NCBI GenBank assembly: GCA_044229845.1 | Contig: JBGASG010000005.1 | Span: forward strand, 256,001-320,000 | DNA length: 64,000 nucleotides | DNA from: Candidatus Obscuribacteraceae bacterium | GTDB lineage: Bacteria > Cyanobacteriota > Vampirovibrionia > Obscuribacterales > Obscuribacteraceae | Direction of reading: 5' to 3' | The notes under the pieces: model-generated | What the model saw: the letters and a program-made list of their open reading frames with translations, nothing else | What the model was told of the DNA's origin: nothing | Database searches by the model: none | Program-made: the position numbers and the translations under genes | Shown: in pieces, positions 10,201 through 18,893 of the stretch | Layout: each line of letters opens with the position of its first letter | Numbering within the stretch: position 1 is the stretch's first letter

Positions 10201-11048
10201 CCGTGTTTGCCGGCAACATCGGTGGTGACTGCGTCGCCGTCTTTCGGTTTCACGACGACGGTCGCCAGAGCTCCGTCGGCGCCATATGTAAAGGTACGGA
10301 CGTCGCCGTTCGGATAGCGAACCTGTTGCACTTGCCCGCTGGTGCTGGTGGTAACTTCACTGTTGTCGGTTTTGTGCACAACGGTCGAGCCTGCCAGCGG
10401 TCCATCTTGATACTGGAAGCTGAATTGACCGAACTTATAACCGTCGAAATCGACTATGTTGGGTGAGGTGATTTTGGCGCCCGTAGTGGCTTCGAGCCAC
10501 TGACCGTTGGAGTCTGGATAATACATGGCACCATTGCTGATGCCGTTTATTTGTGACAGCTGCGCGCTGTAGTAATCGCGCATGAAGACGGTCTCGGAAT
10601 CCTGTGGTCCCAACCAGGATTGCATGTCGGGAGTGCCGGACGGCTGCGAATCGGTGCGTTGTCCGACGCCGGTTCTCCACACTTTCAGTTCGGCTTCGGT
10701 GATGTTGTGATCGTGGTCGGCGTCGATGTTGTCGAAGTTGGCTTTGAGAGCTGCGGCAGCCAGTTGATCTTGACCGTCTGAATTGGTCGCCAGACCGGCC
10801 ACGTCGTCCTGGCTGATGCCACCATCTGCGGCCAAAAGATTTTTGGCTCCAGCATCTTCCAATACAATGCCGGGCAGCAAATAAGTCAATTTGCCCTGCA
10901 GGTCGTTCATTGCTTCGGGAGTGTTGACACCATTTGTTTGAATGGTGGCATTAATCTCGTCATGAACGTGGGAATCTACTTTGCCGCCCGATTGTGCGAC
11001 TGCAGCTTCAACTTGATTGGCTGCTTGATCGGTGCCTGGTGAAGCCAT
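7203..11048 (-). CDS. 1281-aa YD/RHS-like repeat protein with an N-terminal EF-hand-like loop and a C-terminal LysM domain
   Basis: Repeated F.YDA.G motifs, DADHDHNITEAEL, and a LysM domain YDIVSGDCLWRIA...NNIQDVNLIYTGNQLHI. Confidence 0.85.
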   Translation of the reverse strand: MASPGTDQAANQVEAAVAQSGGKVDSHVHDEINATIQTNGVNTPEAMNDLQGKLTYLLPGIVLEDAGAKNLLAADGGISQDDVAGLATNSDGQDQLAAAALKANFDNIDADHDHNITEAELKVWRTGVGQRTDSQPSGTPDMQSWLGPQDSETVFMRDYYSAQLSQINGISNGAMYYPDSNGQWLEATTGAKITSPNIVDFDGYKFGQFSFQYQDGPLAGSTVVHKTDNSEVTTSTSGQVQQVRYPNGDVRTFTYGADGALATVVVKPKDGDAVTTDVAGKHGTVLADGTLMLDSDDGQSTRILVTSGDEHTVAKIVAAPAPVPDDSGDGQQLNLDGQTSTGDQDRVDPNQEASQTTTADGSTVHLNAAGQPIKVEHGGQITTFEYDADGKISKITPPEGSINLPLTREGDQWKAAGSPVELTNMVVNADGSYQYHWKDGGGEFDITNKTDGSQLYFQNGKLRQVDFPNKPRGVAFNDAENPTEVKVNDGSKTYVKTDAGWVNKDDDNDKFASITAAADGTVTFKRADNSQVIYHTDGTTQEVAGDAPPVTLGDDTDYNKEVKVITGADGAQIHVNSEGQPVKVEYKGAVTTFEYDNEGKVSKITPPEGTIGLPLHRDGDKWDTNGTPVELTNMKVNADGSYSFHWKDSGGEYDINMRPDGSRVFLQNGKVLQVDFPTHPRGVQINNPENPTEIQANGKTYTKSDAGWVNKDDANDKYTSITAAPDGTVTFTRADKSQVLLKSDGTTKDIAAPDDGGNNGTDQTTTQTLPDGSIVIKDSQGRVVETKGKDGSDTKYTYDDKGLSGVSRTWGNGNEYSEHYRRNADGTWTKTSRVLHMPDEDTSEKVDKVEVDPQTGALKATTGDVVHIEQVNGDDTFIRGNTTVEVKKNEKGEYQSITTTVDGKVVETLSREGDKWVRTGPDGSKMDATNVGPDGKGGYSYHFETPAGDVKVTRNLDNSQQIEMHYKNGNTRTDSIDTNNKLVKTVNTDSSVNPAMVEEVTYGADGQPTGVKVYPKDHPDQAQDAKDVKAEENGAYSYTLGEGDQAVRVTVNLDGSRVEGKLLTDGTRQVTRVLHKEGDYFQFEYDEQGKIAKVTQVFPPNSKNADGSSPRTTETWTPDPEHPGMFKRSSDGMPGRDLEVDQNGNFRYTYTNPDGSLHRHTEVATGQNPPDEDIQGDVTHGKRTFKVGEDGSYTYDIVSGDCLWRIASDILGSQGIEKPTAKQIWEVINRIAQENNIQDVNLIYTGNQLHISKEIMNDYKPKTEPPANDENGDGTDNYDYN
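8795..9980 (-). repeat. Internal tandem duplication of about 190 aa in the LysM protein
   Basis: Two copies (~9415-9980 and ~8795-9355) share TTFEYD..GK.SKITPPEG, PVELTNM.VNADGSY..HWKD.GGE, QVDFP..PRGV and DAGWVNKDD.NDK..SITAA.DGTVTF.RAD. Confidence 0.9.
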
Positions 11049-11202
11049 GACCGAATCACTCCTGGTAATTAAATGGATGAAGGAAGGTGGCGGGTGGAAT
11101 GGAAACGCGCAGATAGAAACTCAGCCAACTGGTAGTACTCGCTCCACGCTGGCTTAGCTTTTCGGGGATGCGAGGATATTACAGCGATCGCCCCACCGAA
11201 TC

Positions 11203-11220
11203 AGTACGTATTTACGTACT
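11203..11220. promoter_or_regulatory. Perfect 8-2-8 palindrome in a divergent intergenic region
   Basis: AGTACGTA-TT-TACGTACT lies between the LysM gene and the TPR-aspartyl protease gene. Confidence 0.55.
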
Positions 11221-11285
11221 TCCGGTTTGCTCAAAATTTCGGCGGGCTGGCTACAATTGCGTACAAGCGGAGGCAGGCACAGACA

Positions 11286-12515
11286 ATGGCTAGACGATGG
11301 ACTATTTCGCTTCTGACGGCTGGGTTTCTTACCCTTGCCGCTCCAGCGCTCAGTGCCGACCAGCTGGCTGAAGGAATACAGTTTTACAAGGCTGGAAAAC
11401 TGCCTGACGCCGTCAAGTCGCTGTCAGCTTTCATTTCCAGCCATCAGAACAGTCCGCAAAACTCCACCGCCTATTATTATCTGGCTTGCTGCTACTACCA
11501 GAGCGGGCAAACGGCAGAGGCAAAACGCCTATACGAAACAATCGCCAGCGTCTATCCGAAATCTGAGGAGGCGCGCACGGCACAACAAATGCTCGTGCGA
11601 CTGCAAGGTTCAGTTGGAGCGACAGGTGGCGCTGTTTCGTCGCCGGCAGTCGGTTCGGCTGCTCCCGCGAAGGCTGCTCCCGCCGTCTCTTTCGATGACA
11701 GTTCCGGCGATACAGCCGAAGAACGGCGCTACGAAGCCGAATACGCGGCGCTGCCGCAGTCAACTCGGGTGGTGTTCAAACGCGACGAAGGTGGACACAT
11801 GTACGTCACGGTCTGGCTTAATAACCGTCCCATCAAAGCTATCTTCGACACCGGCGCCCACGCACACTTCGGCTTGAACCACCTTTCGCAGGTCGGCATC
11901 TCGGTGCCCGCCAACGCCAAGACCAGTAATGCTTACGGGTGGGCCGGACGCCCCGTGCCCATTTGGCTCATGGACGCCAGCCTGAAAATGGGCGATATGA
12001 CGCGCCGGGTGCCCATCACCGTGGAGGAGAATATGGCGCTGGCGCCGCTTGTAGGTCAGGAGTTTTTGAAGGAGCTCCGTTATGAAATCGACGACAAGGG
12101 CGGCGTGATGACCCTAAGTAAGACCAGGACTAAGTCGGCTAGTCAATTTAACTCTATGTATGACGTACCTTGCATGCAGGTGGACGGCGACGACATGATC
12201 ACGCTGGAGGTGGAGGGCAAAAAGACGGTGGCGATAATAGATACAGGCGCCCAGGTAACGATTTTGAGTCCAGCCACCCTGGCTCAACTAGGTATTGAGA
12301 TTGACCCGAATGCCCCGCGGGTGGCGATTGGCGGGGTCGGCGGCAGCACTACCTGCCGGGTGATGGAGCTTGACCTGCAGGTCGGGCCGGTGCGTCGCCA
12401 GAATTTTCGCACTTTGATTGGTGGGGCGGCCGGGAACGCCATAGGGCAGGATTTTATGCAAGGATGGCGCTACACCGTGGACCACGATCGTCACCTGCTG
12501 CGCTTTTTCCACTAA
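11286..12515 (+). CDS. Secreted TPR protein with tandem retropepsin-like aspartyl protease domains
   Basis: Signal peptide, TPR helices, two DTGA motifs (AIFDTGA, AIIDTGA), each followed by a GQEFL/GQDFM motif. Confidence 0.9.
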   Translation: MARRWTISLLTAGFLTLAAPALSADQLAEGIQFYKAGKLPDAVKSLSAFISSHQNSPQNSTAYYYLACCYYQSGQTAEAKRLYETIASVYPKSEEARTAQQMLVRLQGSVGATGGAVSSPAVGSAAPAKAAPAVSFDDSSGDTAEERRYEAEYAALPQSTRVVFKRDEGGHMYVTVWLNNRPIKAIFDTGAHAHFGLNHLSQVGISVPANAKTSNAYGWAGRPVPIWLMDASLKMGDMTRRVPITVEENMALAPLVGQEFLKELRYEIDDKGGVMTLSKTRTKSASQFNSMYDVPCMQVDGDDMITLEVEGKKTVAIIDTGAQVTILSPATLAQLGIEIDPNAPRVAIGGVGGSTTCRVMELDLQVGPVRRQNFRTLIGGAAGNAIGQDFMQGWRYTVDHDRHLLRFFH

Positions 12516-12698
12516 CCAGCAACACTTTTTTGCAGCGCCATTTTGTGTTGTAATTCCAAATAGGTGCTGAGCCCGGGTCCCCCTAATTTCCCCGGCACTG
12601 GCCGTGATTGAGGAAACAGAAGAGCCACCGGCAGATTTACTGACCAGGACGTGGCAATATCAAATGAGGTCCGGCTTTCAAGCACGGCGGAGGAAAAA

Positions 12699-14420
12699 AT
12701 GAACGGTCTTAAGCGCGCGGGTGTAGGCTTTCTGGGATGTGTGATGGCACTGTCCATTTCGCTCGGGCAGTCAACACAGCAGGCGACAGCGGCGACACCG
12801 TCCCCCGGCGGAGCCGGCAACTCCCGCGGCATCCAAATTGGCGCCAAGGACCTGTTCTACAAACAGTTGTCCGACAATACTGGATACGCCCCCAAAGCCA
12901 CCGAGTACACTTCAAAAGCCCTCGAAAACAACGGCAAGCCGCAGACCATCTCCAACATGGGTCTGAATTTCTCTATCATGCGCGAACGCAACGGTCAGTT
13001 GCAGCAAGTCAGCAGCCAATCGGAATTTCGTAGCGGCGATGCTATTCAGTTCAAAGTCACGTCCAATATCGATGGCTACATGTATGTATTTCTGACCAGC
13101 GGCAGCACTGGCAAGCGTGCTCAGCTCTACCCGCCGCCTTCCGAGACCGGTCAGAATAAGATTCTCAAAGGCATCACTTATACCGTTCCCGAAAACGGAC
13201 AGCTCTGCTTCGACAACAATCCCGGTGTAGAAACACTGCAGTTGGCGCTCTCGCCAAAGCCGATGAATGCCGATGATGCTCTAAAAACCAGTCGCAGCAT
13301 CACCATCACTCCCAAGGATCACAGCAAAGCATCGGCGACGCTTGTGGCTTTCGAGAATGTCGATGAAGCCGCTCGCCAACACTTCTCCAAGCTGGGCATT
13401 ACAGGTAGTACCACGGCTGTCACCACTGATACTTCCAAACCGTTCACGGTCGACCTGGTTCTCCAGCACACAGACCTTAACGGCAAGCCGGCGGCTGCTG
13501 TTACCGCTTCCACAAATGGCTCCAACAAAATTGCTCTCAACTCGGGGGTTCCTGGAACGACTCGCACCTTGACGCCGACAACCAACCCTAACCTGTCCAA
13601 CGCCGGCGCGGTGGCGAAGGTGGCTGTCAACTCGCCTGTGCAAGACAAGTGGGCGCTGGTCGTCGGCATCAGCAAGTACAAGGACAACAGCCTCGATTTG
13701 CGGTTTCCGCACAAAGATGCCCAAGATTTCGCCAACTACCTGATCAAGGAAGGCAACTTCGCTCCCGATCACGTTCACGTCCTGACCAACGAGCAAGCCA
13801 CCAAAGAAAACATTCTCGATGAGATGGGCGAAAGTTTCTTGCCTATCAATGCCAAACCTGGAGATCTCGTAGTGGTCTACATAGCCAGCCACGGCACCTC
13901 GAAAGAACAGGACGTCGCGCAAGAAAACTTTCTGGTTGTGCACGACACCGACGTGCATCGGTTGTATGCCACCTCGATCAACATGAATGACTTCGTGCGA
14001 GAGCTCAAGAAGCGCGTCCAGACCGATCGCGTTCTACTCGTGCTCGATACCTGTCATGCCGGTTCTGCCGGTGACGGCGGTAAAGCGCTGCAAGTTTTTT
14101 ATGATCCGAAAAACCCGATTGCAGTCGGCACGGGACAACTGGTGATTGCCTCATCATCCGCAGCGCAAAAGGCGCACGATTCGATTCGTTATCAAAACGG
14201 CGTATTCACAAAACACTTCATCGACGGATTGCGTAAGTACGACGACATCGACTCGGTCTTCAAATACACCCAGACTCAGGTTTCCGCTGAGTGCAAAGAC
14301 TCATTCAAAGATTCGCAAATACCGCAGATCAAAGAAGGCGAGTGGAAGGGCAGCAAATTGGTTCTCAAGGCACCGCCGGCGAAGCCCCGCGGCGCGCTCA
14401 AAGAAGCCGACAATCAGTAG
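12699..14420 (+). CDS. Secreted DUF4384 + caspase (peptidase C14) protein
   Basis: FRSGDAIQFKVTSNIDGYMYVF (DUF4384-like); KWALVVGISKY; catalytic ASHG and LDTCHAG. Confidence 0.9.
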   Translation: MNGLKRAGVGFLGCVMALSISLGQSTQQATAATPSPGGAGNSRGIQIGAKDLFYKQLSDNTGYAPKATEYTSKALENNGKPQTISNMGLNFSIMRERNGQLQQVSSQSEFRSGDAIQFKVTSNIDGYMYVFLTSGSTGKRAQLYPPPSETGQNKILKGITYTVPENGQLCFDNNPGVETLQLALSPKPMNADDALKTSRSITITPKDHSKASATLVAFENVDEAARQHFSKLGITGSTTAVTTDTSKPFTVDLVLQHTDLNGKPAAAVTASTNGSNKIALNSGVPGTTRTLTPTTNPNLSNAGAVAKVAVNSPVQDKWALVVGISKYKDNSLDLRFPHKDAQDFANYLIKEGNFAPDHVHVLTNEQATKENILDEMGESFLPINAKPGDLVVVYIASHGTSKEQDVAQENFLVVHDTDVHRLYATSINMNDFVRELKKRVQTDRVLLVLDTCHAGSAGDGGKALQVFYDPKNPIAVGTGQLVIASSSAAQKAHDSIRYQNGVFTKHFIDGLRKYDDIDSVFKYTQTQVSAECKDSFKDSQIPQIKEGEWKGSKLVLKAPPAKPRGALKEADNQ

Positions 14421-14431
14421 CCAGGAAGGAT

Positions 14432-15376
14432 ATGACCTCACACTTTCGCGGTTGGGTATGCGCGTTCCTGTCGGTTCTCGTCATGTGCGCGGCTCCTGCC
14501 GGAAGTGGTGCCGAGTCTGGTGGCAAGAGCTTCATGTGGCGGGTCGGCGATGGGGACAGCCAGGTATACATCCTCGGTTCCTTGCACATGCTGAAGCCGG
14601 GTTTCTATCCACTGCCGCCTGAGATTGAAGAAGCATTTGCCAGGTCGAAAGCTCTGGTAGTCGAAATCGACGAGAATCAAGGCGATCCGTTGCAGCGACA
14701 ACTGCTGACTTTGCAGCGAGCTACGTATGCCGGGGACGAAACGCTCAGTTCACGCCTTTCGCCGAAGACTCGCGAAGCTTTAGAGGAGTATCTGGCTAAG
14801 AGCGGGCAGCGCGACATCGTTTTTCAAAAAATGCGACCATGGTTTGCTTCGCTTATGATTCTCATGAAGGAACTTGTGAAGGCTGGCTTCAATCCGCAAG
14901 AAGGCATCGACCGGCATTTTCTGACCGAGGCCAAATCGCAGAACAAAGAAGTGCTGCAGCTGGAGACCGCTGAGTTTCAAATCAAGCTGCTCTCCGACTT
15001 TCCTGAAGACCTGCAGGACAAGCTCCTCCTTTCGACTCTGGTCGGCGCCAAAGACATGGACAAAGAAGCCGAAGTGCTTGTGGAAGCCTGGCGGCGCGGG
15101 GACGCGCGTGCCATGAACGAAGCGATAACCAAAAACGAGCGCGAATATCCGGAATTGGAATCGGTGCAAAATAAGCTGCTCTACGAGCGCAACGGTCCGA
15201 TGGTGGACAAGATTGAGGGTTACCTGAAGGATGGTGGCACATATTTTGTCGTGGTCGGAGCCGGACACCTGGTTGGCGACCGGGGTATCATCGAACTTTT
15301 GCGGAAACGACAGTACAAAGTCGAGCAAATCAAGCGTGCTCCCGCCGGCGCCGCCACCACGAAGAAGGCAGACTAG
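14432..15376 (+). CDS. TraB/GumN (Tiki-like) family protein
   Basis: YILGSLH, GID, LETAEFQ, ERN, FVVVGAGHL motifs; signal peptide. Confidence 0.9.
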   Translation: MTSHFRGWVCAFLSVLVMCAAPAGSGAESGGKSFMWRVGDGDSQVYILGSLHMLKPGFYPLPPEIEEAFARSKALVVEIDENQGDPLQRQLLTLQRATYAGDETLSSRLSPKTREALEEYLAKSGQRDIVFQKMRPWFASLMILMKELVKAGFNPQEGIDRHFLTEAKSQNKEVLQLETAEFQIKLLSDFPEDLQDKLLLSTLVGAKDMDKEAEVLVEAWRRGDARAMNEAITKNEREYPELESVQNKLLYERNGPMVDKIEGYLKDGGTYFVVVGAGHLVGDRGIIELLRKRQYKVEQIKRAPAGAATTKKAD

Positions 15377-15517
15377 ACGGAGTCCAGGGGGCTTGAACCT
15401 CCTTTGTCGATTTAAACAAAAGTGTTTAAAGTCAAGAAGTAGCCTGTCGCCTGCCCGGATCAACAGAAGTGTTGATTTCGCCTAAGGCCGGATGAGGCAC
15501 CCAGCCTATGTGAGTTG

Positions 15518-15552
15518 AGCGTGATGCCAGCGTGATGCCAGCGTGATGCCAG
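15518..15552. repeat. 3 x 11-bp tandem repeat AGCGTGATGCC
   Basis: Exact copies at 15518, 15529 and 15540. Confidence 0.9.
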
Positions 15553-15727
15553 GATGAGCGTAGCGTGAGCGCCGTGGGCATTTGGCTACGGAAAGTGGAA
15601 AAGCCAAAAAAATACAGCTGTTTGACCGATAAAGTGTGTTATCGCGAGGCATACACGCATCTTGTGGGTACTATTCTTTCGTGGCCACTGTTAAAGGCCA
15701 TGTCTGACCCAGGGGTGCCCGTCGGAA

Positions 15728-17137
15728 ATGGGTGAGTTCGGAACAATCGAACTTGTGCTGGCTGTTGCAGCTGGTTTGCTTCTGGTTGGCGTGTTTGTGC
15801 TTCTCCAGGCGCAACGCGAGTTGACCCGCAAATACAGCCGGGAGCTGGCGCAAGCCGACCAGGCGATGCGGAGTCTCAGCGCTCAACTGGAGGACACCAG
15901 ATCGAGGCTGGACCAGCTGGCGATGGTCGACCCCCTCACCGACCTGGTCAACAGGCGCGGTCTGGAGCGCGTCCTTTCCATCGAGGTCAATCGGGCTAAG
16001 CGCGGCGGTTCGCCGATGGTGGCGATGCTGCTCAATTGCGACAACTTCAAGCGCCTCAACGATGTGCTTGGGCATGCGGTCGGCGACGTGGCGCTCAAAG
16101 AAATGGTGCAGCGCATTACCGGCACCTTGCGTCCATCCGATTATGTGGCGCGGGTCGGCGGTGATGAATTCGTGGTGCTGCTCACCGACACTCAATTTGC
16201 CGAAGCGATGATGATTGCCGAGCGCGTACGGCTGGCGGTGGCCGAAAGCCCGATTCGCAACTCGCACGACACGATTTTTCTCACCGCCAGTATCGGCGTC
16301 GCCTCCGTGCCTTATGAAGTCAACTCGGTAGAAGAGATCCTTTCCCTCACTCGCCATTCTTTGAAACGCAGTAAGGTTGCCGGCAAAAACAAGGTCTCGT
16401 CCGCGGACTACTTCAGTGCCACCACTAATGGTGAGGCCCCCGAAGTAGACATCGTACAGATTCTCGGCAAAGGTGAGTCATTCCGTTGTGTCAAGCACGG
16501 CATCTTCCGGCTCACAGACGAAACTAAAGTCGGTTACGAACTTCTGACGCGCGGTCCGGCCGGACCCTTCGAGGCGCCATACGACTTCTTTCGGGTTGCC
16601 ATCGAAAACAACATTTTGACGCTCGTCGACTTGCGTTGTTTGAAAGCCGCCATCGAGTTTGCCAGAAAACTTGAACCAGGCTTCAAGTTCGACGTCAACC
16701 TGTTTCCTTCCACGATTATAGACATACCGATTGAGACGCTCGTGTCGATGTTTCCTGAAGACAAGACGATGGGCACGTTTTGCGTGGAAATTTCGGAACA
16801 GCAGTTTATTGGCGATCCCAGTTACCTGCGCAACCACACCGCGGCGCTGAAGAAAGCCGGCGTGCAAGTGGCGATCGATGACGTCGGCTTCGGTCGCAGT
16901 TCTCTGGAAAGCCTGATCTTATTGGAACCGGATGTGGTGAAGGTCGACATCAAGTTTGTCGCCGGCATATCTATGGATCCGCAGAAACAACGTCTGCTCA
17001 AGCGCCTGATCGGCGTTGTGCAGGCACTGGGCGCGGAGCTAATAGCGGAAGGGATTGAAACCCGCGAAGACCTGCAGGTGCTCAAAGAGATGGGCGTCGA
17101 ATACGGGCAGGGCTTCCTGTGGGGCATCCCCAGCTGA
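15728..17137 (+). CDS. Membrane-anchored GGDEF-EAL c-di-GMP signalling protein
   Basis: N-terminal TM and coiled coil, DPLT, RPSD I-site, GGDEF, ELLTR, DDVGFG, AEGIE, QGF. Confidence 0.95.
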   Translation: MGEFGTIELVLAVAAGLLLVGVFVLLQAQRELTRKYSRELAQADQAMRSLSAQLEDTRSRLDQLAMVDPLTDLVNRRGLERVLSIEVNRAKRGGSPMVAMLLNCDNFKRLNDVLGHAVGDVALKEMVQRITGTLRPSDYVARVGGDEFVVLLTDTQFAEAMMIAERVRLAVAESPIRNSHDTIFLTASIGVASVPYEVNSVEEILSLTRHSLKRSKVAGKNKVSSADYFSATTNGEAPEVDIVQILGKGESFRCVKHGIFRLTDETKVGYELLTRGPAGPFEAPYDFFRVAIENNILTLVDLRCLKAAIEFARKLEPGFKFDVNLFPSTIIDIPIETLVSMFPEDKTMGTFCVEISEQQFIGDPSYLRNHTAALKKAGVQVAIDDVGFGRSSLESLILLEPDVVKVDIKFVAGISMDPQKQRLLKRLIGVVQALGAELIAEGIETREDLQVLKEMGVEYGQGFLWGIPS

Positions 17138-17147
17138 GGGTCGTGAA

Positions 17148-17990
17148 TTGCAAAACGGTGTTGGCTCATACTTTCAGGCAATCGATTCGGTCGACCAGTC
17201 GGTGCGGGACTACATCGAACAATCCCTGCATGTATTCAGTGCCTCCGGGCTCCTCAAGATTGCGGCTACGGTGGGCAAATGCCAGCAATTGCAATCGCAA
17301 AGTGTCAGCGACCAGTTAGATGAGCTGGAGCGCCAACGATCCAATCTCAAGGCACAATATGACCTGGCACCGGACCCAGCCCTCTCGGCCAAGCTGGATG
17401 ATCTGACAGAACAATTCCGTCGCGTTGATGCAGAGGTCGGCAGGCATGGCGATACGACGACTTTCTCTCGGCGCGAACTGGACACCGTAAGCAGACTGTT
17501 CAACCAGTGGGGAGCAGTGGCGTTCACGATTCGTGACGAGGGCACCAAGGTTGAAGCCAGACTGAACCTTTTGGTTGCACACCAGTTTGCCCATCACGTT
17601 AGAGAACTCCTCGCACCACACGTGAAGCAACGTGTTGATCAGTTGTTTGCCAGCCAACTGGCTGTCTGCGACCATGCAAATGAGGCGGGCGCACCAGAGT
17701 TATTGACGAGAGATCCGCAAAGCAAATCTGCCGATTTCAATGCCCGCCATTTTATCTCGGCTTTGGCCAGAACTAGTGTTGAGGAGTATTGGGCAGAGAG
17801 CGCAGCTGCGTTTTCCATCCAAACGTCCAGAGACAGCTTGCGGCTTATCGATTCTCAAATGTTTGAACTGCTCCGCGAACTTGTGCTCGCGCCAGACACC
17901 ATGGTCGCCGATCAATACCAGGAACATGTGCGCGCCGTGCGCCAAGGCAATGGTATTACGGCCGAGAGTGTCCAGAAATGTCTTGACTGA
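17148..17990 (+). CDS. Hypothetical protein with degenerate zinc-metalloprotease-like motifs
   Basis: HQFAH and downstream EEYWAE; TTG start just after the preceding stop with GAGGG upstream. Confidence 0.6.
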   Translation: MQNGVGSYFQAIDSVDQSVRDYIEQSLHVFSASGLLKIAATVGKCQQLQSQSVSDQLDELERQRSNLKAQYDLAPDPALSAKLDDLTEQFRRVDAEVGRHGDTTTFSRRELDTVSRLFNQWGAVAFTIRDEGTKVEARLNLLVAHQFAHHVRELLAPHVKQRVDQLFASQLAVCDHANEAGAPELLTRDPQSKSADFNARHFISALARTSVEEYWAESAAAFSIQTSRDSLRLIDSQMFELLRELVLAPDTMVADQYQEHVRAVRQGNGITAESVQKCLD

Positions 17991-18008
17991 ATTGGCCTTG
18001 AACGAGGG

Positions 18009-18875
18009 CTAAATTTGTTCCGGCTCGGGCTCTTGAAGAAAAGTGCGCACTTGCCAGAGCTCAGGGAAGGCGCGTTTTTCCAAAGTGCTGCGCAGGTAAC
18101 CGACCCCTTCGCTGCCGCCCGTGCCGCGCTTGAAACCGATGATGCGCTCAACCACGGTAACGTGGTGCATGCGCCAGAGGAATATTTGTTCATCCAGGTC
18201 CATGAGCGATTCGGCAAGTTCGTGCAGGTCGATGTTTTGCTCTGCGTGTTGATAGAGTCTTGCCAGTTCTTGAACGCGTTTGTCGTGTGCTGTTTGTCTC
18301 TCTTCTTCAGAGGCATTCTCAGCCGGCACCGGCATGTTGAAACCTTTGGTTTGCAAAAGCGCAAAATAGACCTCGCCAAGCGACTTCTGCGTATAGCGTT
18401 TCTTCAGTTGCGCGTAAGCTTCGCTGTCGTGTTTGAAATGCTCGAGCAACATCGGATGCCGCAGTCCAGCTAGAAATTCCACTTCGCGAAACTGGCTCGA
18501 TTGAAAGCCGCTGGCCGGACTCAAATGATTGCGAAACCCGAGAAATTCCCTGGGATTCATGGTTTCCAGAATGTGAATCTGCTGAACCAGCACTTTCATG
18601 ATTGCCACCACGCGGCGCACAAAGAAGTTCGCGCGGCGCACGTTGCCTTTCTCCATGAACCGAACCACGGTGTCGAGCTCGTGCAGAATCAGTTTGAACC
18701 AGAGTTCGTAAGACTGGTGGATGATGATGAAGAGCGGCTCGTCATGATGGGCCGGCTCCGACTGGCATAGCTGCAGCGCCTTCAGCTCGGCAACCTTGAG
18801 ATAGCCGTTGTAAGTCAGTCCGGGACGCTCTGTGTCGCTCTTCCCGTATTCCGGCGTGCTGGTCGGCTTAGCCAT
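18009..18875 (-). CDS. kynA: Tryptophan 2,3-dioxygenase
   Basis: HHDEPLFIIIHQSYELWFK, ASGFQSSQFREVEF, VERIIGFKRGTGGSEGVGYL. Confidence 0.95.
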   Translation of the reverse strand: MAKPTSTPEYGKSDTERPGLTYNGYLKVAELKALQLCQSEPAHHDEPLFIIIHQSYELWFKLILHELDTVVRFMEKGNVRRANFFVRRVVAIMKVLVQQIHILETMNPREFLGFRNHLSPASGFQSSQFREVEFLAGLRHPMLLEHFKHDSEAYAQLKKRYTQKSLGEVYFALLQTKGFNMPVPAENASEEERQTAHDKRVQELARLYQHAEQNIDLHELAESLMDLDEQIFLWRMHHVTVVERIIGFKRGTGGSEGVGYLRSTLEKRAFPELWQVRTFLQEPEPEQI

Positions 18876-18893
18876 TGTTGTCCCTCTTCCCTC

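Noticed and set aside
7203..11048. Classical Rhs toxin
   Set aside because: No PxxxxDPxG core, C-terminal toxin domain or immunity gene; the protein ends in LysM.
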